The notes beneath the pieces are model-generated. The model was not told the DNA's origin, did no database searches, and worked only from the letters and a program-made list of their open reading frames with translations. The position numbers were made by a program, and so were the translations under genes. 64,000 nt of DNA. Origin: Opitutales bacterium. GTDB lineage: Bacteria > Verrucomicrobiota > Verrucomicrobiia > Opitutales > UBA2987. The stretch spans positions 366,258-430,257 of the forward strand of contig CBDDEL010000010.1 in assembly GCA_965226885.1 (NCBI GenBank), written 5' to 3'. How positions within the stretch are numbered: position 1 is the stretch's first letter; each line of letters starts with the position of its first letter. Below are positions 11,075 to 22,276 of this stretch, in pieces.

Positions 11075-11450
11075 TCATTTAATCGACCTGATGGGGCTCA
11101 AGAGGCTGGCGTAGTGCCGCTCCGTCACCATGTAACTATCCCCCAGGAACTGCGCCGCCGCCATCAAACCATCCCGTGTGGCAATCACGCTGCCGGCATG
11201 CTTGCGCAGCTCGTGTAGCCGATTGGTCCGCTCCGGGCTGGAGCCGCCCCCCTCACCCTCCCCCCTCACCCTCCCCGCAAGCATGCGAAAAAATCTGCCA
11301 AGCCTGAGCCCTTGCGGCCCGCTCCTCATATTTACCTGTGGCCCGCCAAAAACTCTTGCCCTTGAAACGGAACCGCACATGATACACCCTAGGCTTCCCC
11401 TTCTGGAAGACATTCAAATTGTTTTGTCCGAACGATATCAACCCTCTCAT
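11075..11450 (-). pseudogene. Tyrosine recombinase/integrase remnant with large internal deletion
   Basis: N-terminal VYHVRFRFKGKSFWRATG joined out of frame to C-terminal LHELRKHAGS..AAAQFLGD..TERHYA (H-x-L-R and catalytic Y region). Confidence 0.7.
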
Positions 11451-11584
11451 AATAACACGCTTTATAGCACAATACAAAGGTAATAAAACACACAAATCCC
11501 AACAATACTGACGACATTAAATTTCTTAACTCACTCTCAAACAACGACAAAGCCGCATAGAATAGCGGAAAGTTAATTGCCAGG

Positions 11585-11660
11585 GCCTCCGTAGCTCAGT
11601 TGGTAGAGCAGGTGACTCTTAATCACTTGGTCGAAGGTTCGAGTCCTTCCGGGGGTACCA
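11585..11660 (+). tRNA. tRNA-Lys (CUU)
   Basis: 76-nt cloverleaf; anticodon arm GGTGA-CT-CTT-AA-TCACT; GTTCGAGTCC; encoded CCA. Confidence 0.96.
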
Positions 11661-12050
11661 TTGATATTCAATGGGTTATGCCTTTTTATCGTTACTGGTT
11701 ACTGGAAAAAATACTACTGTCCGGTTTTATAGGTTCCGCAAATTGTAGTTTTGCCACCCCAGAAGTGTTGGTTTGCACGCCACTGAGGGTTGAATGGGAT
11801 CACTTTTTGAATTGGCCGACAGAGTTCGATAATTTTTTTTCTCACTAACCCAACCACTTAAACTTGGGTTGAGAAAATTTCTCACGAATGACCTAGGCCT
11901 TTTTCATGTGTCCGGGGTTGACCAAGGAATGCCTTTACCGCAATACGCTGTCATAGAAGGAAAAATATTGAGCACAATATCTAGCTAACACTGATGGGAT
12001 CTCCTTCGTCGAAAGTTTCTTAACCCGGATATTTCGTAAAAAAAGTATCG

Positions 12051-13421
12051 TTGATATGCTTAACTGCTGATATACAGCAGGATAGATCAATAATTAAAGC
12101 AATATCAGCGATGACAAAAGGTAAACAATTAAAGCTACAGTTGACAAGGGTAAAAGGCCGCCGTGTGCGGGTTGATTTCAAGGGCGGAGAGGTTACTTCG
12201 GATGCCGGACTGCTTTTGATCCGGGAAGTGGATCGGCAGTTGGGCTTGACCGAACGAGCGGCCCGACAGTTAGTGGACAAACGGCAGAAGGGCAAAGTAC
12301 GCCATGAGGTCTTGGGGATGCTGCGGCAGCGCGTTTACGGGCTGGTGGCGGGCTATGAGGATTTGAACGACTTTGATACCCTGCGCCACGATCCATTGTT
12401 GCAAACGGTAACGGGGCGCATTGAAACGTTGGCCAGCGCGCCGACTTTGTGTCGTTTTGAAAACGGGCAGGATCGGCGGGCGGCCTTTGCGGTAAACGAG
12501 CTGTTGGTCGAACAGTTCATGGGCTCCTTTGCCGAGGAACCCGAAGAGATCATCCTGGACTTTGACGCCACCGACAATCCGGTGCACGGGCTCCAGGAGG
12601 GACGTTTTTTCCACGGTTATTATGATCATTACTGTTTTCTGCCGCTATATGTTTTTTGCGGTGATCAGCTGCTGGTGGCCTACCTGCGGCCGAGCAAGAT
12701 CGATGCCAGCAAGCATGCCGGGGCCATCCTCAAATTGCTGGTTAAACGGATTCGCCAAAGCTGGCCCCGTACGCGGATTATTTGGCGCGCCGACAGTGGA
12801 TTTTGTCGAGACCGGATACTCTCTTGGTGCGACCGCAACGAAGTTAGTTACATCGTGGGGATGGCTCGCAATGCACGCTTGCAGCAAGACGCCCAGCAGT
12901 TGCAAAAGCAGGCCAAAGAATGGTTCGAACTAAGGGGTAAAAAACAACGGTTATTCCAGGACTTCGTCTATGCTGCCGATTCGTGGCGATGGCTGCGGTT
13001 GGTCATCCATAAAGCCGAACACACCGCACAGGGGTCCAACCCGCGCTTCGTGGTGACGAACCTGCCGGGCGATCCCCAGGAGCTTTACGACAAGGTATAC
13101 TGTGGCCGCGGTGAAATGGAGAACCGAATCAAGGAACAGATGCAATTGTTCAGCGAGCGCACCAGCGCCCATCAATGGTGGGCCAATCAGTGGCGATTGC
13201 TCTTGTCGGCGCTGGCCTACACCTTGATGGAAGCCATGCGCCGGTTAGCCTTAAAAGGGACGAAGTGGGCGCGGGCCCAATGCCACACCCTGCGGCTCAA
13301 ATTAATCAAGATCGGAGCGGTCATCGTGCGCAACACCCGAACGATTCACTTTCACCTAAGTGAGAGTTATCCTTGGGCCAGTCTTTTCAACCATGCGGCC
13401 CGCCGATTGGTGCCAACCTAA
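12051..13421 (+). CDS. IS1380 transposase (true start probably ATG 12111)
   Basis: TSDAGLLL, LDFDATD..HG.QE..FHGYY, RADSGF, YCGRGEMENRIKE. Confidence 0.92.
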   Translation: MICLTADIQQDRSIIKAISAMTKGKQLKLQLTRVKGRRVRVDFKGGEVTSDAGLLLIREVDRQLGLTERAARQLVDKRQKGKVRHEVLGMLRQRVYGLVAGYEDLNDFDTLRHDPLLQTVTGRIETLASAPTLCRFENGQDRRAAFAVNELLVEQFMGSFAEEPEEIILDFDATDNPVHGLQEGRFFHGYYDHYCFLPLYVFCGDQLLVAYLRPSKIDASKHAGAILKLLVKRIRQSWPRTRIIWRADSGFCRDRILSWCDRNEVSYIVGMARNARLQQDAQQLQKQAKEWFELRGKKQRLFQDFVYAADSWRWLRLVIHKAEHTAQGSNPRFVVTNLPGDPQELYDKVYCGRGEMENRIKEQMQLFSERTSAHQWWANQWRLLLSALAYTLMEAMRRLALKGTKWARAQCHTLRLKLIKIGAVIVRNTRTIHFHLSESYPWASLFNHAARRLVPT

Positions 13422-13624
13422 AGGGTGCATTGGTGCTGCCCCCGGCACTACCGAACCAATGGGGGAAAGGGGGCAGTGTCTCTACACCCTGAAAAACACC
13501 TAAAAATCAAGACGATCTGCTCAAAATACAAAGAAATCCATCTCCAATAGTGTAAACGCCGGGGAAAAACCGGTACGGTAAAGAGGGCGCTTTAAAACCG
13601 GTACGCTTATCCTAGAAAGGAGGA

Positions 13625-15130
13625 GTGTATCGAGATATGAAGCAATGGACAAGAGTGCGGCACAAAGTGCTGCGGGACAAGCAGAGCAAGCGCTCTGTAA
13701 TGCGAGAAGAGGGACTGCACTGGGAGACCCTGGGAAAGATGCTGGCCTATTCCCAGCCGCCGGGATACCGGCGCAAGAAGAGGCGAGAGCGCAAGATCGA
13801 TCCGTATGTGGGCTGGATCGAGGAGGTGCTCAAAGCGGACCGGAACGTGCCCAAGAAGCAGCGCCATACGGCCAAACGGATCTACCAGCGTTTGGGTCGG
13901 AAGAAGGGCTACCAAGGGGGCTACACGGCGGTCAAGGAGGTGGTGGCCGAGCTGCGAGCGAGGCGGCGGGAAGTGTTCGTGCCGCTGGAGCACCGCCCCG
14001 GGGAGGGACAGGTGGACTTCGGTCATGCCCTGGTGAAGGAGGCGGGGCAATTGCGTAGGCGGCCATTTTTTGCCATGAGCCTGCCCTACAGCGATGCCTT
14101 TTTCGTGCAGGTGTTCGAACGGGAGTGCACGGAGAGCTTCTGGGAGGGGCACCTGCGAGCTTTTGAGTTTTTCGGGGCGGTGCCCCGGCGCATCAGCTAT
14201 GACAACTCGAAGGTGGCGGTGGGTAAGATTATCGGTTCGCGTGAACGCAAGCTGACCGACGGGTTTCTGCAGCTACAGAGCCATTACCTGTTCGAGGAAC
14301 ACTTCTGTCTGCCCGCCCGGCCCAACGAGAAGGGCGTGGTCGAGGGGATCGTGCGTTATGCCCGGGCCAACTTCCTGGTACCGGTACCGCAGGTTCGGGA
14401 CCTGGAGGAACTCAACGCAAAGCTGTTGGAGGCATGTGAGCGGGACATGGAGCGTAAATTACGCGGGAAAAGGGCGGTGAAAAAGGAACTGCTGGCCGAG
14501 GAGCGCGCCGTCATGCTGGCGTTGCCGCCCATACCCTTTGAAGCGAGCCGCAAACGCTCGACCTGCGTCAGCAGCCTCTCGCTGGTGCGCTTCGAGTGCA
14601 ACGACTATTCGGTGCCGGTGCGCTGCGCCCACCATCCGGTGGTGGTGGAAGGGTCCTGTCGGCAGGTGGTGATCTTCTGTGGGGGCCAAGAGGTGGCCCG
14701 GCACCGCCGCATTTGGGATAAAGAGCAAGTCTCTTTCGAGCCGGTGCACTACCTGGCTTTGCTGGAGAAAAAACCGGGCGCTTTGGACTTCGCCCGCCCA
14801 CTCTCGGGCTGGCAGTTGCCGCAGTGCCTGCAGGTCCTCAGACGCCGGCTCGAAAGCCAATGCGGGGGCGAAGGCACCCGGGAGTATATCCGGGTGCTGC
14901 GGCTGTTGGAGAAACACCCCATGGCGGCCTTGCAGCAGGCCGTCGTCTCGGCCCTGCGGGAGGGGGGACTGACTCGTGAGGCCATCGCCCAGTATCTCTA
15001 TCCTCAGGAAGACTACGGGAGCAGAACCTTCCGGCTGGACGGCCATCCACACCTGCGTCACGTCCGTGTGGCCGCCCCTGACCTCGGTGCCTACAGCGAA
15101 CTGCTCAAGATTCCAGGAGGGGCTTTATGA
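13625..15130 (+). CDS. istA: IS21 transposase
   Basis: GQVDFG, FFGAVPRRISYDN, NEKGVVE. Confidence 0.92.
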   Translation: MYRDMKQWTRVRHKVLRDKQSKRSVMREEGLHWETLGKMLAYSQPPGYRRKKRRERKIDPYVGWIEEVLKADRNVPKKQRHTAKRIYQRLGRKKGYQGGYTAVKEVVAELRARRREVFVPLEHRPGEGQVDFGHALVKEAGQLRRRPFFAMSLPYSDAFFVQVFERECTESFWEGHLRAFEFFGAVPRRISYDNSKVAVGKIIGSRERKLTDGFLQLQSHYLFEEHFCLPARPNEKGVVEGIVRYARANFLVPVPQVRDLEELNAKLLEACERDMERKLRGKRAVKKELLAEERAVMLALPPIPFEASRKRSTCVSSLSLVRFECNDYSVPVRCAHHPVVVEGSCRQVVIFCGGQEVARHRRIWDKEQVSFEPVHYLALLEKKPGALDFARPLSGWQLPQCLQVLRRRLESQCGGEGTREYIRVLRLLEKHPMAALQQAVVSALREGGLTREAIAQYLYPQEDYGSRTFRLDGHPHLRHVRVAAPDLGAYSELLKIPGGAL

Positions 15131-15951
15131 AGGAAGAAAAAAACCAGCTGCTGTTACACCATCACCTCAAGAAACTGAAGTTGCCCACCATCCTGCGCGA
15201 ATGGCCGGCGGTGACCCCGAAGAAACGGATCCGCCGGCCCTGGGCACAGGCGGCAAAGCCCAGGGCGGTGGCCAGGTGCGTTTTACCGGTACCGGCGTTA
15301 CCGAGGAGCAGCACGTTTTCGCGCTGGTCGACATACTCCCCGCGCATGAGCTCTCGGATGAGCGCTTCGTTGATCGAGGGCTGCGCTTCAAAGGCGAAGC
15401 TCTCGAGGGTCTTGAGCACGGGGAAACGGGCGTTTTTGATCCGCCGCTGGGCGGCCCGCTGTTCGCGTTCAATGAGCTCCCGTTCGACCAGATGCAACAA
15501 AAAGGCGGCGTAATCGAGCCGGTCCCGGGAACAAGCCGCGGCCACCGCCCTGGGCTTTGCCGCCTGTGCCCAGGGCCGGCGGATCCGTTTCTTCGGGGTC
15601 ACCGCCCTGGTTACCCATATGCTCGAGCAACGCGACAACCACGACCTGCAGCGCTTCATGAAGCAACTCGAAAGGCTCGACCTACTCATCCTCGACGAAC
15701 TCGGTTACGTCCCTTTTTCCAAGACCGGTTCCGAACTGCTCTTCGACGTGGTCAGCCGCGCTTACGAGCGCACCAGTCTCATCGTCACCACCAACCTGCC
15801 CTTTGAGAACTGGATCGAAGTGCTCGGTTCCGAACGGCTCACCGGAGCTCTGCTGGACCGACTCACCCATCGGGTGCATATCCTCGAAGCCAACGGGCAA
15901 AGCTACCGCTTGCGCGATGCTCGACGCCGTCGCCGTGGCACAAAACAATAA
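15127..15951 (+). pseudogene. istB: IS21 ATPase gene scrambled by an internal inversion-duplication
   Basis: Against the intact copy at 21509-22276, about 15207-15549 is on the opposite strand (Walker A GNAGTGKT reads on minus). Confidence 0.9.
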
Positions 15952-16455
15952 ACGCCTTGGGCCCGGCTCGTCGGCCTCCGGCCTCCTCACCGACCCCAAG
16001 CCAATCCCCAAAACCAACTCCCAAACCCTAAACCTTGACGTACCTGCAATTACTAACCTAGACCTTATTCCAAGCGTACCGGTTTTACCCCGACCCCCGT
16101 ACCGGTTTCATCCCGGCGTTTACATCCAATAGCAATAACGAGCCAAACTTTACCCTTCATGAAATATCCGGGTTAACGCTTAAACCGATTACGGGCAGCT
16201 GTTGCCTGACCACTAAATCATGGTTTGAAAGTCCATAAAAGGGCCTTTGGACCCGATTCCCGATTATTGTCTCAAGTTGCCCTTTTTATTGGTCTCCAAA
16301 GGAGACCACGGTCCCGGCCATATTCAATTTACCCGGACTCTGGGTGATTACCGATTTAACCTCAAAATTTGATCACGAACAGGGTACCCTCAGACATAAA
16401 ACGATGCAAATCCCCCCACTCACCAAATAATTTTTAGTAGCTGTGTATTTAAGTC

Positions 16456-17505
16456 ATGATAAAAAATATAATGACACAGGATCCTGAACTTTTCGAAAAA
16501 ATTCACCACCAGGATGACATTATTCGGAATCGCAAAATGAATCTTAAAGTTGCCCGCGCTGAGAAATTTTTCAAGCAACGAGAGGCAAAGGCCAATGGCT
16601 CGAAAAATCCTCCGGTAAAAAAGCCAAAAAAGGAACCCGCGACTACAGAGGAAAGAGCCAAAAAGAAGACCTCACTTACCCGCACCCTTCCGGCCCATGC
16701 CAAAATCGTTCAAGGGCCCCTTCTACGGCAATTTCAGGATGATTCAGTAAACGGGAACGGCAATATGAAGACCGTGGAGTTTACAGCAGATGATGAAATG
16801 GATCTGTCCATGGAAATGCTCAATATTTTCCAGGGAGTTTCCGAAAAATTGCTCTCAGGCTCCAGTCTCGGTCCATTTAAGGCAGACTTTGTCAAATTAT
16901 TCTCCACCCTTGATGAGAAAAACGCTCTTTTTGAGGCCATGCATTTACTATATGAGAAGCATCGCCTGTTCCCGTTGTTAAAGGCCCGGGCACATGTAAC
17001 AAGCTATCTTATAAAATGTGCCCAACGCCAGGACTTGACACCGGCTGAAGCGCTTGCCTTCTATAAAATTTTCGGCGATGAGAGCGCCTCGATCCGTGCA
17101 TCATTGAAGGAATTCTCCGCCGCTCCACTTAAAGATGTTGAAGCCCTCCTGGAAAAAATCGATTCGAACGACGCAGGCAATCTACGCGATTTAGTAAAAC
17201 AATTCGCTGGGACGACTCCGCAGGGCAGAGAAATCATCCGGAGAGTGTTCTATGAGCTCAAACTGAAGGTAGATAAAGCACAGGCAGCAGAAGAAAAGCC
17301 CTCCAATGAAAATGAACCCGAAACGGAATCAGACCAGGATCCTGCTGATCAAAACCAAGATTCCGGGAAGAAGGAGGAGACGATAATGACCGCTGAACCA
17401 GCAACAACGGTAGCAGCCGATCCGGAATGTCCTCCTTCAACCCCTCCATGCCAAGGGACTGGTAACATCAAAAATACCCGGCCTGCTGGCATCTTTGCGG
17501 CATGA
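16456..17505 (+). CDS. Hypothetical protein (basic N-terminus, acidic disordered tail)
   Basis: 349-aa open frame; no motif recognised. Confidence 0.65.
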   Translation: MIKNIMTQDPELFEKIHHQDDIIRNRKMNLKVARAEKFFKQREAKANGSKNPPVKKPKKEPATTEERAKKKTSLTRTLPAHAKIVQGPLLRQFQDDSVNGNGNMKTVEFTADDEMDLSMEMLNIFQGVSEKLLSGSSLGPFKADFVKLFSTLDEKNALFEAMHLLYEKHRLFPLLKARAHVTSYLIKCAQRQDLTPAEALAFYKIFGDESASIRASLKEFSAAPLKDVEALLEKIDSNDAGNLRDLVKQFAGTTPQGREIIRRVFYELKLKVDKAQAAEEKPSNENEPETESDQDPADQNQDSGKKEETIMTAEPATTVAADPECPPSTPPCQGTGNIKNTRPAGIFAA

Positions 17506-17649
17506 TTCAGGCGGCGACCCCTACAAACATCACTTTTTTGGCCGAATCGAGCAAAAACATACTCTTTCCTGCTCTTTATATTAACGTTATCCTATTGACT
17601 ATAAAATTTTATAATATTAAATAACCACAAAGCTGAGTCATGGTGCTTC

Positions 17650-18997
17650 CTACCGTTGTTTCTTCCCGGTCAAATCTTCCTCCCGGACGACATAGGCCCT
17701 AATCACAGGCTGAGGTCCGAGACCCCTGGTAGCATTAATAAAGGGTAGTGTATTAAGTAGGAATGGTGGCTAATTCTTGATTATATTGATGAATGAAAAG
17801 TCTCAGACAGGTTTCATGCATACTCTTAAGCTTGGAAAAGGAGAGGGTTTTGCGTGTGAAACGACCCAGTCGTTGGCGCAGGGTATTGTTCCATCGTTCC
17901 ACATGGGCCGTTTCACCGGTTTCTTTTCCCACGGATCGGTTATGAGGAAAGACTTCATCATAAGTGCTCCAAAAGTCGCTGTAGGTGGCACATCTTTTGT
18001 AGGCCCGTGGCAGACGCTCGTAAAGTTCCCGGCAACGATACCAATCCCGAGGCCCAATGGCATAGGAGAGGATTTGACGGGTGCGTCGGCAAAGAGCGAT
18101 CCAAACCCATTGGGCATCGCTCTTGCGCCCCACAAAAGACCACAGTTCGTCCAGTTCAATGACATCATGGCGGCGGGCCGCAAGAATCGTGCTTTTGAGC
18201 GGTCGCAGCGATTGTCGTTTTTTTTAACCAACTCAAAACGGTGTTGGGACTCACCCCGAAGGCGCGCTGTAAACCGCGTAGACTGCTGCGTTCCTGATAG
18301 ACTCGAAGGATCATTTCTTTTTGCTCTTCGGTGTATTTCACTGTGGGGTTTTCGCGGCTTTGTTTACCACAATCATGGCAGCGGTAGCGCTGTTTATGGT
18401 TGGGCGTCTTGCCAAATTTAATGATATTTTCACTTCCACAGTGCCGACAATTAATAATTTTAGTAACCATGCACTAAGAATAAACTGCCTAACGCTATTT
18501 GTACAGCTAAAAATACAAAATAACATTCTTTTTTTATACACTACCTAATAAAGTTATCATTAGTGTAGTCCGAAATGACAATCGTCCCGTCGCTCATCTG
18601 CGTCCAGTTGCTGTAACCGGAATCGCTCGAATAATCCATGACAACCAGGCGATCACGACGAAACTGGTCCGGGTAGCCATCCCTGGCATGCCATCTCCAA
18701 TCGATCGAATAGTCGTCCGGGTTGTTTACTTTGGCGGAGACCGATCTCCAATGCGACACAGTCTTGAGTTTGCTTCCAAACCGAACCAGGCGCGACTCAA
18801 TACCCAAAACCGACCTCTGTAACTTAAGTTGACCGTCGATATAAACCTGCATCTCCCCAGCATCGCGAACGATTCTATAACGATGCCACTGTGTTGTATC
18901 CATCTCAACACCTTCTTCGGAGGCATGTGGCGCCACTTCGTCCAACGCAGCGCCGGTAGCATCAACGGAAGAAATCTGTTGAAAACGATGAGGAAGA
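17650..18997 (-). pseudogene. C-terminal fragment of a sialidase/BNR-like protein, split by IS1-A and truncated by IS1-B
   Basis: DSGYSNWTQMSDGTIVISDY; removing 17744-18553 continues in frame NFINATRG..EEDLTGKKQR*. Product call tentative. Confidence 0.55.
17744..18545 (-). mobile_element. IS1-family element A (insA 18165-18470, insB about 17753-18175)
   Basis: GGTAGTGTAT / ATACACTACC; TSD TAATAAAG; zinc ribbon CRHC..CHDC; ELDELWSF, VERWNNTLRQ. Confidence 0.92.
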
Positions 18998-20605
18998 GGT
19001 AGTGTTAACATGACGAATGTTTGATATTGCTGTTGTATTCCCAGATGGGTAGTGTATAAAAAAAGAATGTTATTTTGTATTTTTAGCTGTACAAATAGCG
19101 TTAGGCAGTTTATTTTTAGTGCATGGTTACTAAAATTATTAATTGTCGGCACTGTGGAAGTGAAAATATCATTAAATTTGGCAAGACGCCCAACCATAAA
19201 CAGCGCTACCGCTGCCATGATTGTGGTAAACAAAGCCGCGAAAACCCCACAGTGAAATACACCGAAGAGCAAAAAGAAATGATCCTTCGAGTCTATCAGG
19301 AACGCAGCAGTCTACGCGGTTTACAGCGCGCCTTCGGGGTGAGTCCCAACACCGTTTTGAGTTGGTTAAAAAAAACGACAATCGCTGCGACCGCTCAAAA
19401 GCACGATTCTTGCGGCCCGCCGCCATGATGTCATTGAACTGGACGAACTGTGGTCTTTTGTGGGGCGCAAGAGCGATGCCCAATGGGTTTGGATCGCTCT
19501 TTGCCGACGCACCCGTCAAATCCTCTCCTATGCCATTGGGCCTCGGGATTGGTATCGTTGCCGGGAACTTTACGAGCGTCTGCCACGGGCCTACAAAAGA
19601 TGTGCCACCTACAGCGACTTTTGGAGCACTTATGATGAAGTCTTTCCTCATAACCGATCCGTGGGAAAAGAAACCGGTGAAACGGCCCATGTGGAACGAT
19701 GGAACAATACCCTGCGCCAACGACTGGGTCGTTTCACACGCAAAACCCTCTCCTTTTCCAAGCTTTTAAGAGTATGCATGAAACCTGTCTGAGACTTTTC
19801 ATTCATCAATATAATCAAGAATTAGCCACCATTCCTACTTAATACACTGCCCCCAGATGAACAAGCACAGGACGCGAAAATGCATGACCAAAGACTTCGA
19901 GAATGACAGCGTTTTACGCACATAGCGTGACAGGGACTGTCGCAAGGTATTGTTCCAGCGTTCGATATGGGCGGTTTGGCCGGATTGTTTCCCGCTGGCG
20001 CTGTTGTGAGGGAAAACCTTGTCGTAGCTTTCCCAGTAATCGCTTACGGTGGCACAGTCGCGATAGGGCTGGGCGATGTTGTGATACAACTGCCAGCACG
20101 TTTGATCGCTACGATCACCCAGAGAAAACCCGACGACCTGTCGGGTACGTCGACACAAGGCTACCCATAGCCATACCTGCCCCGAACGCTTATCGCCCCA
20201 GAATGACCACACCTCGTCCAGTTCCAGCACATCACTACACTGGCGGGCAAGCAGAGTGGACTCCAGCTTCGGCAAACTCAGGACTTTTTTTTAATCCATT
20301 CGATGACCGTCTTTGGGGCTACCCCGAAGGTACGGTAAATGGCACGCAGGCTCATCCGGTTTTGGTGCGCACGGAGCACCTGCTTGACCAGCGCCGGAGG
20401 ATGCTCACGACTTTTGGGGTGAAGCCGAAACTGATAACCACACCCCTTGCATCGATACTTCTGAACCCCTTTCGGATCCTTGCCGTGCTTGATGATGTGA
20501 TCGCTTCCGCATTGAGGACATTTTACTGTGATATGGACCATTCCCAGTTCACAACATAATCACGCTAAAAAGTACAGCTTAATCATTCAAAATGTTAACA
20601 CTACC
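18998..20605 (-). mobile_element. IS1-family element B (insA 20278-20541, insB 3' end interrupted)
   Basis: GGTAGTGTTAACAT / ATGTTAACACTACC; no TSD; matches the intact copy at 55504-56299. Confidence 0.88.
19048..19851 (+). mobile_element. IS1-family element A nested in element B
   Basis: TSD CCCAGATG; 2-bp insertion near 19764 frameshifts insB; one mismatch in right IR. Confidence 0.9.
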
Positions 20606-20711
20606 CCAAATTTGAAGCTCGGAGCAACGTTTCTAGGGGAGGTGAACTTAATGGAATATGTCCTGCAAATTTGATATCCTGCTTCTGTGAAGCTATGGCA
20701 ATCTCAGTTAG

Positions 20712-21335
20712 CCCGGATATTTCATGAAGGGTAAAGTTTGGCTCGTTATTGCTATTGGAGATGGATTTCTTTGTATTTTGAGCAGATCGTCTTGATTTTT
20801 AGGTGTTTTTCAGGGTGTAGAGACACTGCCCCCTTTCCCCCATTGGTTCGGTAGTGCCGGGGGCAGCACCAATGCACCCTTTAGGTTGGCACCAATCGGC
20901 GGGCCGCATGGTTGAAAAGACTGGCCCAAGGATAACTCTCACTTAGGTGAAAGTGAATCGTTCGGGTGTTGCGCACGATGACCGCTCCGATCTTGATTAA
21001 TTTGAGCCGCAGGGTGTGGCATTGGGCCCGCGCCCACTTCGTCCCTTTTAAGGCTAACCGGCGCATGGCTTCCATCAAGGTGTAGGCCAGCGCCGACAAG
21101 AGCAATCGCCACTGATTGGCCCACCATTGATGGGCGCTGGTGCGCTCGCTGAACAATTGCATCTGTTCCTTGATTCGGTTCTCCATTTCACCGCGGCCAC
21201 AGTATACCTTGTCGTAAAGCTCCTGGGGATCGCCCGGCAGGTTCGTCACCACGAAGCGCGGGTTGGACCCCTGTGCGGTGTGTTCGGCTTTATGGATGAC
21301 CAACCGCAGCCATCGCCACGAATCGGCAGCATAGA
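20712..21335 (-). mobile_element. IS1380-A 3' fragment truncated by IS21
   Basis: Right IR after TTAG; matches the transposase 3' end; stops at the IS21 end. Confidence 0.9.
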
Positions 21336-21508
21336 TGTAAACGCCGGGATGAAACCGGTACGGGGGTCGGGGTAAAACCGGTACGCTTGGAATAAGGTTT
21401 AGGTTAGTAATTGCAGGTACGTCAAGGTTTAGGGTTTGGGAGTTGGTTTTGGGGATTGGCTTGGGGTCGGTGAGGAGGCCGGAGGCCGACGAGCCGGGCC
21501 CAAGGCGT

Positions 21509-22276
21509 TTATTGTTTTGTGCCACGGCGACGGCGTCGAGCATCGCGCAAGCGGTAGCTTTGCCCGTTGGCTTCGAGGATATGCACCCGATGGGTGAGTC
21601 GGTCCAGCAGAGCTCCGGTGAGCCGTTCGGAACCGAGCACTTCGATCCAGTTCTCAAAGGGCAGGTTGGTGGTGACGATGAGACTGGTGCGCTCGTAAGC
21701 GCGGCTGACCACGTCGAAGAGCAGTTCGGAACCGGTCTTGGAAAAAGGGACGTAACCGAGTTCGTCGAGGATGAGTAGGTCGAGCCTTTCGAGTTGCTTC
21801 ATGAAGCGCTGCAGGTCGTGGTTGTCGCGTTGCTCGAGCATATGGGTAACCAGGGCGGTGACCCCGAAGAAACGGATCCGCCGGCCCTGGGCACAGGCGG
21901 CAAAGCCCAGGGCGGTGGCCAGGTGCGTTTTACCGGTACCGGCGTTACCGAGGAGCAGCACGTTTTCGCGCTGGTCGACATACTCCCCGCGCATGAGCTC
22001 TCGGATGAGCGCTTCGTTGATCGAGGGCTGCGCTTCAAAGGCGAAGCTCTCGAGGGTCTTGAGCACGGGGAAACGGGCGTTTTTGATCCGCCGCTGGGCG
22101 GCCCGCTGTTCGCGTTCAATGAGCTCCCGTTCGACCAGATGCAACAAAAAGGCGGCGTAATCGAGCCGGTCCCGGGAACAAGCCGCGGCCACCGCCGGCC
22201 ATTCGCGCAGGATGGTGGGCAACTTCAGTTTCTTGAGGTGATGGTGTAACAGCAGCTGGTTTTTTTCTTCCTTCAT
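21509..22276 (-). CDS. istB: IS21 helper ATPase
   Basis: GNAGTGKTHLA, LLILDELGY, LLDRLTH. Confidence 0.94.
   Translation of the reverse strand: MKEEKNQLLLHHHLKKLKLPTILREWPAVAAACSRDRLDYAAFLLHLVERELIEREQRAAQRRIKNARFPVLKTLESFAFEAQPSINEALIRELMRGEYVDQRENVLLLGNAGTGKTHLATALGFAACAQGRRIRFFGVTALVTHMLEQRDNHDLQRFMKQLERLDLLILDELGYVPFSKTGSELLFDVVSRAYERTSLIVTTNLPFENWIEVLGSERLTGALLDRLTHRVHILEANGQSYRLRDARRRRRGTKQ

Larger units (their letters stand above)
13551..16124 (+). mobile_element. IS21-family element, copy 1
   Basis: TGTAAACGCCGGG / CCCGGCGTTTACA; 8-bp TSD TCCAATAG; subterminal AAAACCGGTAC repeats. Confidence 0.93.
12024..16172 (+). mobile_element. IS1380-family element A (1567 bp) carrying an IS21 in its right end
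   Basis: IRs CCCGGATATTTC / GAAATATCCGGG; TSD TTAA. Confidence 0.92.

Noticed and set aside
20881..21657. Novel fusion ORFs (also 444-1214, 18541-19272, 38844-39377, 57440-58330)
   Set aside because: Chance read-through across IS junctions.
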